A stretch of 64,000 bases of DNA from Albugo candida (lineage: Eukaryota): NCBI GenBank assembly GCA_040437565.1, contig JBDOQK010000016.1, positions 248,001-312,000 on the forward strand, in the 5' to 3' direction. The position numbers and the translations under genes were made by a program. Shown here piece after piece: positions 60,912-64,000 of this stretch; the first letter of the stretch is position 1, and every line of letters starts with the position of its first letter. The notes below the pieces were generated by a model. The model searched no databases and had not been told where the DNA came from. It saw nothing but the letters and a program-made list of their open reading frames with translations.

Positions 60912-62174
60912 ATGCGCTTTCGGCCGTATCACGTTTTAATCGCTGTATGGGCACTAAGTCTTCATGACCAAACCGGTGCGCAGCTCGATAGTCCAACCGA
61001 GTCTATGCTTGATTCGCCAGCACCCTCAACACCGGCTGCCACAACGACTTCACCCGCACCATCCATCTCGCCGGCATCTACAACGCATTCACCGAGAACG
61101 ACGACACCGCCACCATCAACCACACAACCGAGTCTATCTGACTTGCCCTCACCGCCTCCACCCTCACCACGTGAAACAGTTCCAGAACCGCCTGAAACAA
61201 GAAACCCTTCACCAGCTAGCCCAATCGATGAGCCAAGCGTACCTCAACCGGAGACCCCCACACGTTCACCGATTGCGAATTCTCCACCTGCGCCAAAGCC
61301 GAGGGAAAAACCACCAGGGGATACGAATGATCCTGCACATTCTGCCAAACAGGACGAAAAGACAAAACCGCCTGAGAAAGCGCTTACTCCTCCGGCAGTA
61401 CCTCCGTCAACTCCTCCACCTCCTAGTTCACCAAACACAGCTCCAAAAAAGTCGACGGATGCATCACCACAGCAACCGGCACGGGAGAATAACGATAAAG
61501 ATCAAAACACCGCAAGCTCCACAAACTCCAAATCAAAGTCAAAAAGCTCGCTTCCTTCGTGGCTTGTTCCTACAATTATTGGAGCTGTGGTCGTCGCAGT
61601 TGCAATATTTGTTCTCGTTGGTATACGCAATAACCGAAACAAATATGAAGATGATAACCATGATGAGTCCACCGACCCGACAAATGATAATTTCATTGCT
61701 CCCGGCACACAGACACTTGTTCCAAAACGTGGCGGATCTTCAGTTAGAGGCAGTATGGTACCTCAGAACTCAATCTACAATTCTTCAGCGCAATTGCCAG
61801 GACCGCCTGGTGCCCGTGGAACGTATCATGGCTCTCAAACGACGGCAGGATATCAAGCATCACAGGCTTACAGTAAGCCACACTATCCGGGGCCCGGTGG
61901 ACAATTTGCCGGAACTTCTCCTCCTGGTGGACCGCATTACGAGAGGCTTTCTCGGAACTCGGTGGGTGGGTATGGAAGAGGTCAATCCTACCATCAGGTC
62001 GGGTATGACGCAGCTCCTGCTCAAACTCAATATCGAGAGCCCGCACCAAGGCAATTCAACACACCTTCAGCACATCCGAATGATCAAGCATTACGTGCGC
62101 CTGGGCAAGCTCCTCCCGGTGCGTATGCAAATCAGAATCCACAAAATACAGCTGCTATTGGCGTGACTTTATGA
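60912..62174 (+). CDS. Mucin-like Pro/Ser/Thr-rich single-pass membrane protein
   Basis: Signal-peptide-like N-terminus, PST-rich ectodomain, TM segment WLVPTIIGAVVVAVAIFVLVGI followed by RNNRNK, and a G/Q/Y/P-rich tail. Confidence 0.8.
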   Translation: MRFRPYHVLIAVWALSLHDQTGAQLDSPTESMLDSPAPSTPAATTTSPAPSISPASTTHSPRTTTPPPSTTQPSLSDLPSPPPPSPRETVPEPPETRNPSPASPIDEPSVPQPETPTRSPIANSPPAPKPREKPPGDTNDPAHSAKQDEKTKPPEKALTPPAVPPSTPPPPSSPNTAPKKSTDASPQQPARENNDKDQNTASSTNSKSKSKSSLPSWLVPTIIGAVVVAVAIFVLVGIRNNRNKYEDDNHDESTDPTNDNFIAPGTQTLVPKRGGSSVRGSMVPQNSIYNSSAQLPGPPGARGTYHGSQTTAGYQASQAYSKPHYPGPGGQFAGTSPPGGPHYERLSRNSVGGYGRGQSYHQVGYDAAPAQTQYREPAPRQFNTPSAHPNDQALRAPGQAPPGAYANQNPQNTAAIGVTL

Positions 62175-62353
62175 TGATGGAAGTATTGTTGTAATTTAAC
62201 AGATTTTGAAGCTTTCGCATTGAATGATAAAGACATACCGAAATTGCATCTGTATTTCATAAAAATAAACAGTTTTCTTGCACAACAAGCTCGTTGACAT
62301 ATCACGTTCTTTTCTCGGTCACAAAGTCACGAAGCGCCTGGTCATGATTTCGA

Positions 62354-63706
62354 TTAAAAGAAGCTTTCCCAATCGCTTGAGCTTGCACTGGATGTCGGCC
62401 TAGCAAAATGATAAAGTTAAATTGTGATGTAAGCCTGCGTCATAATTTGTATCCGTACGCAAATGTGTTGGCCTGAGCTCCGCAAGATTCGATAGATGCC
62501 GTATTTTTGTTGGGAGAACTTGCTTCCATCCAATTTCCGTTATTGAAATCCGTTGTTTCAGCGTCTGTATGCTCATTTTTCTTTTTCGAATTGATTTTGA
62601 TTTTGATTTTTTCTCCATCTTTGAGCGAGTAATCCTTGGAGACATTAAGACCCGCGCGTTCTTTTTCGGCTGCGTTTTTTTCCCGTTGAAGTTCCCTAGC
62701 ATTTGTGTCAGAATTCTTGCGACTAATGTATGGNNNNNNNNNNNNNNNNNNNNNNNNNNNNNNNNNNNNNNNNNNNNNNNNNNNNNNNNNNNNNNNNNNN
62801 NNNNNNNNNNNNNNNNNNNNNNNNNNNNNNNNNATAATAAAGTTAAAATGTGATGTAAGCCTGCGTCATAATTTGTATCTGTACGCAAATGTGTTGGCCT
62901 GAGCTCCGCAAGATTCGATGGATGCCGTATTTTTGTTGGGAGAACTTGCTTCCATCCAATTTCCGTTGTTGAAATCCGTTGTTTCAGCGTCTGTGTGCTC
63001 ATTTTTCTTTTTCGAATTGATTTTGATTTTGATTTTTTCTCCATCTTTGAGCGAGTAATCCTTGGTGACATTAAGACCCGCGCGTTCTTTATCGGCTGCG
63101 TTTTTTTCCCGTTGAAGTTCCCTAGCATTTGTGTCAGAATTATTGCGACTAGTGTATGGATCCATACTTTTGATGATCGTCAAGCGCCACATTGAAGTCA
63201 AACGCATCGCTTCGGTTCTCAAATGCAATACCGATGAATGCGTGACGACCTGGAAATGAACCATAGGTGATACGCTCGTTGTAAATATGAAGGTTTTCTA
63301 CCAGAATTCTGGTCGACAACTCGAAGTACAAAGTACCGACTGCTATCGACGACTGTAGTCAAATGAAGATGAGTCCTGCAACGCTCTTTGTCACATAAGC
63401 GCAAACCTTTCTGTACTGCAGTTGGTCCGTTTCGTTTCATCGGACATGCAGCAAATAAAGATCCGTTACTGCTATCACGGAGCTCGATCATGAGGTCCTC
63501 ATCACATGAAAAGATGGTCAAACGCCCTGTCCAAACTGGTTCTTTCGGCCAGGAATCGGCTCGATGTCCGGCCGCGGAGACTTGAGGTGGAATCTTGAAC
63601 ACAAAGCATTGATTTATCACAGCAAGTATTCTTTTCACACCTTTTAGAGATATAAGTGATAGACAGACACATTTGAGAAAGCATTTTTCGTACCAATTTC
63701 GGCCAT
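62354..63706 (-). CDS. NECAP: NECAP (adaptin ear-binding coat-associated protein), multi-exon
   Basis: [75 protein letters not shown]-terminal DWESFF. Confidence 0.9.
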
Positions 63707-64000
63707 TTTGTCGGAGCTCGCGGCGCTTCAAGGTCGACCTCTAATATAACATATCCTGTGTGTCATTGTACATCTAATGGCAATCTAGCGATAACGTCTN
63801 NNNNNNNNNNNNNNNNNNNNNNNNNNNNNNNNNNNNNNNNNNNNNNNNNNNNNNNNNNNNNNNNNNNNNNNNNNNNNNNNNNNNNNNNNNNNNNNNNNNT
63901 CTAATGGCAATCTAGCGATAACGTCTTGCAGGAACTAATGTTTGGGGCTCACTTTCGCCGATTCTTGAATCATCCCACAGGACCTAGAACAACTCACTTT

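Noticed and set aside
60964-62166. 400-aa overlapping ORF in an alternative frame of the mucin-like gene
   Set aside because: Explained by the C/A-rich Pro/Thr/Ser codon bias; the H/R/Q-rich product has no recognisable features.

Overview
Eukaryotic, gene-dense window with short GT-AG introns and very short intergenic spacers. The gene content (START-FYVE protein, CFAP57) suggests an oomycete, possibly Albugo-like; this is inference. About 1-31.4 kb and 48.9-64 kb hold housekeeping genes: exportin-5-like, TAF7, DDX27/DRS1, mitochondrial intermediate peptidase, an ATG1-like kinase, CFAP57 and NECAP. About 31.7-48.7 kb is a retroelement island ending at a tRNA-Arg(CCG) gene. Main result: at least four copies of an APE-type LINE are stacked head-to-tail at the exact 5' end of this tRNA. 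Each junction carries a 14-15 bp copy of tRNA nt 1-14/15, so the tRNA is left intact. A fifth, off-target copy lacks the tRNA piece, which defines the element ends and indicates the piece is a target-site duplication (TSD). A ~7.6 kb inversion (~37390-44960) splits a Copia element and one tRNA-associated LINE, and flips the 3' part of an older LINE. Also notable: an ATG1 kinase fused to two Atg11/FIP200 Claw-like domains, a probable pseudo-JmjC protein and a protein with two endosulfine motifs. Many 100-N gaps are flanked by duplicated sequence, most likely assembly artefacts. Exon boundaries and family calls were made by eye.
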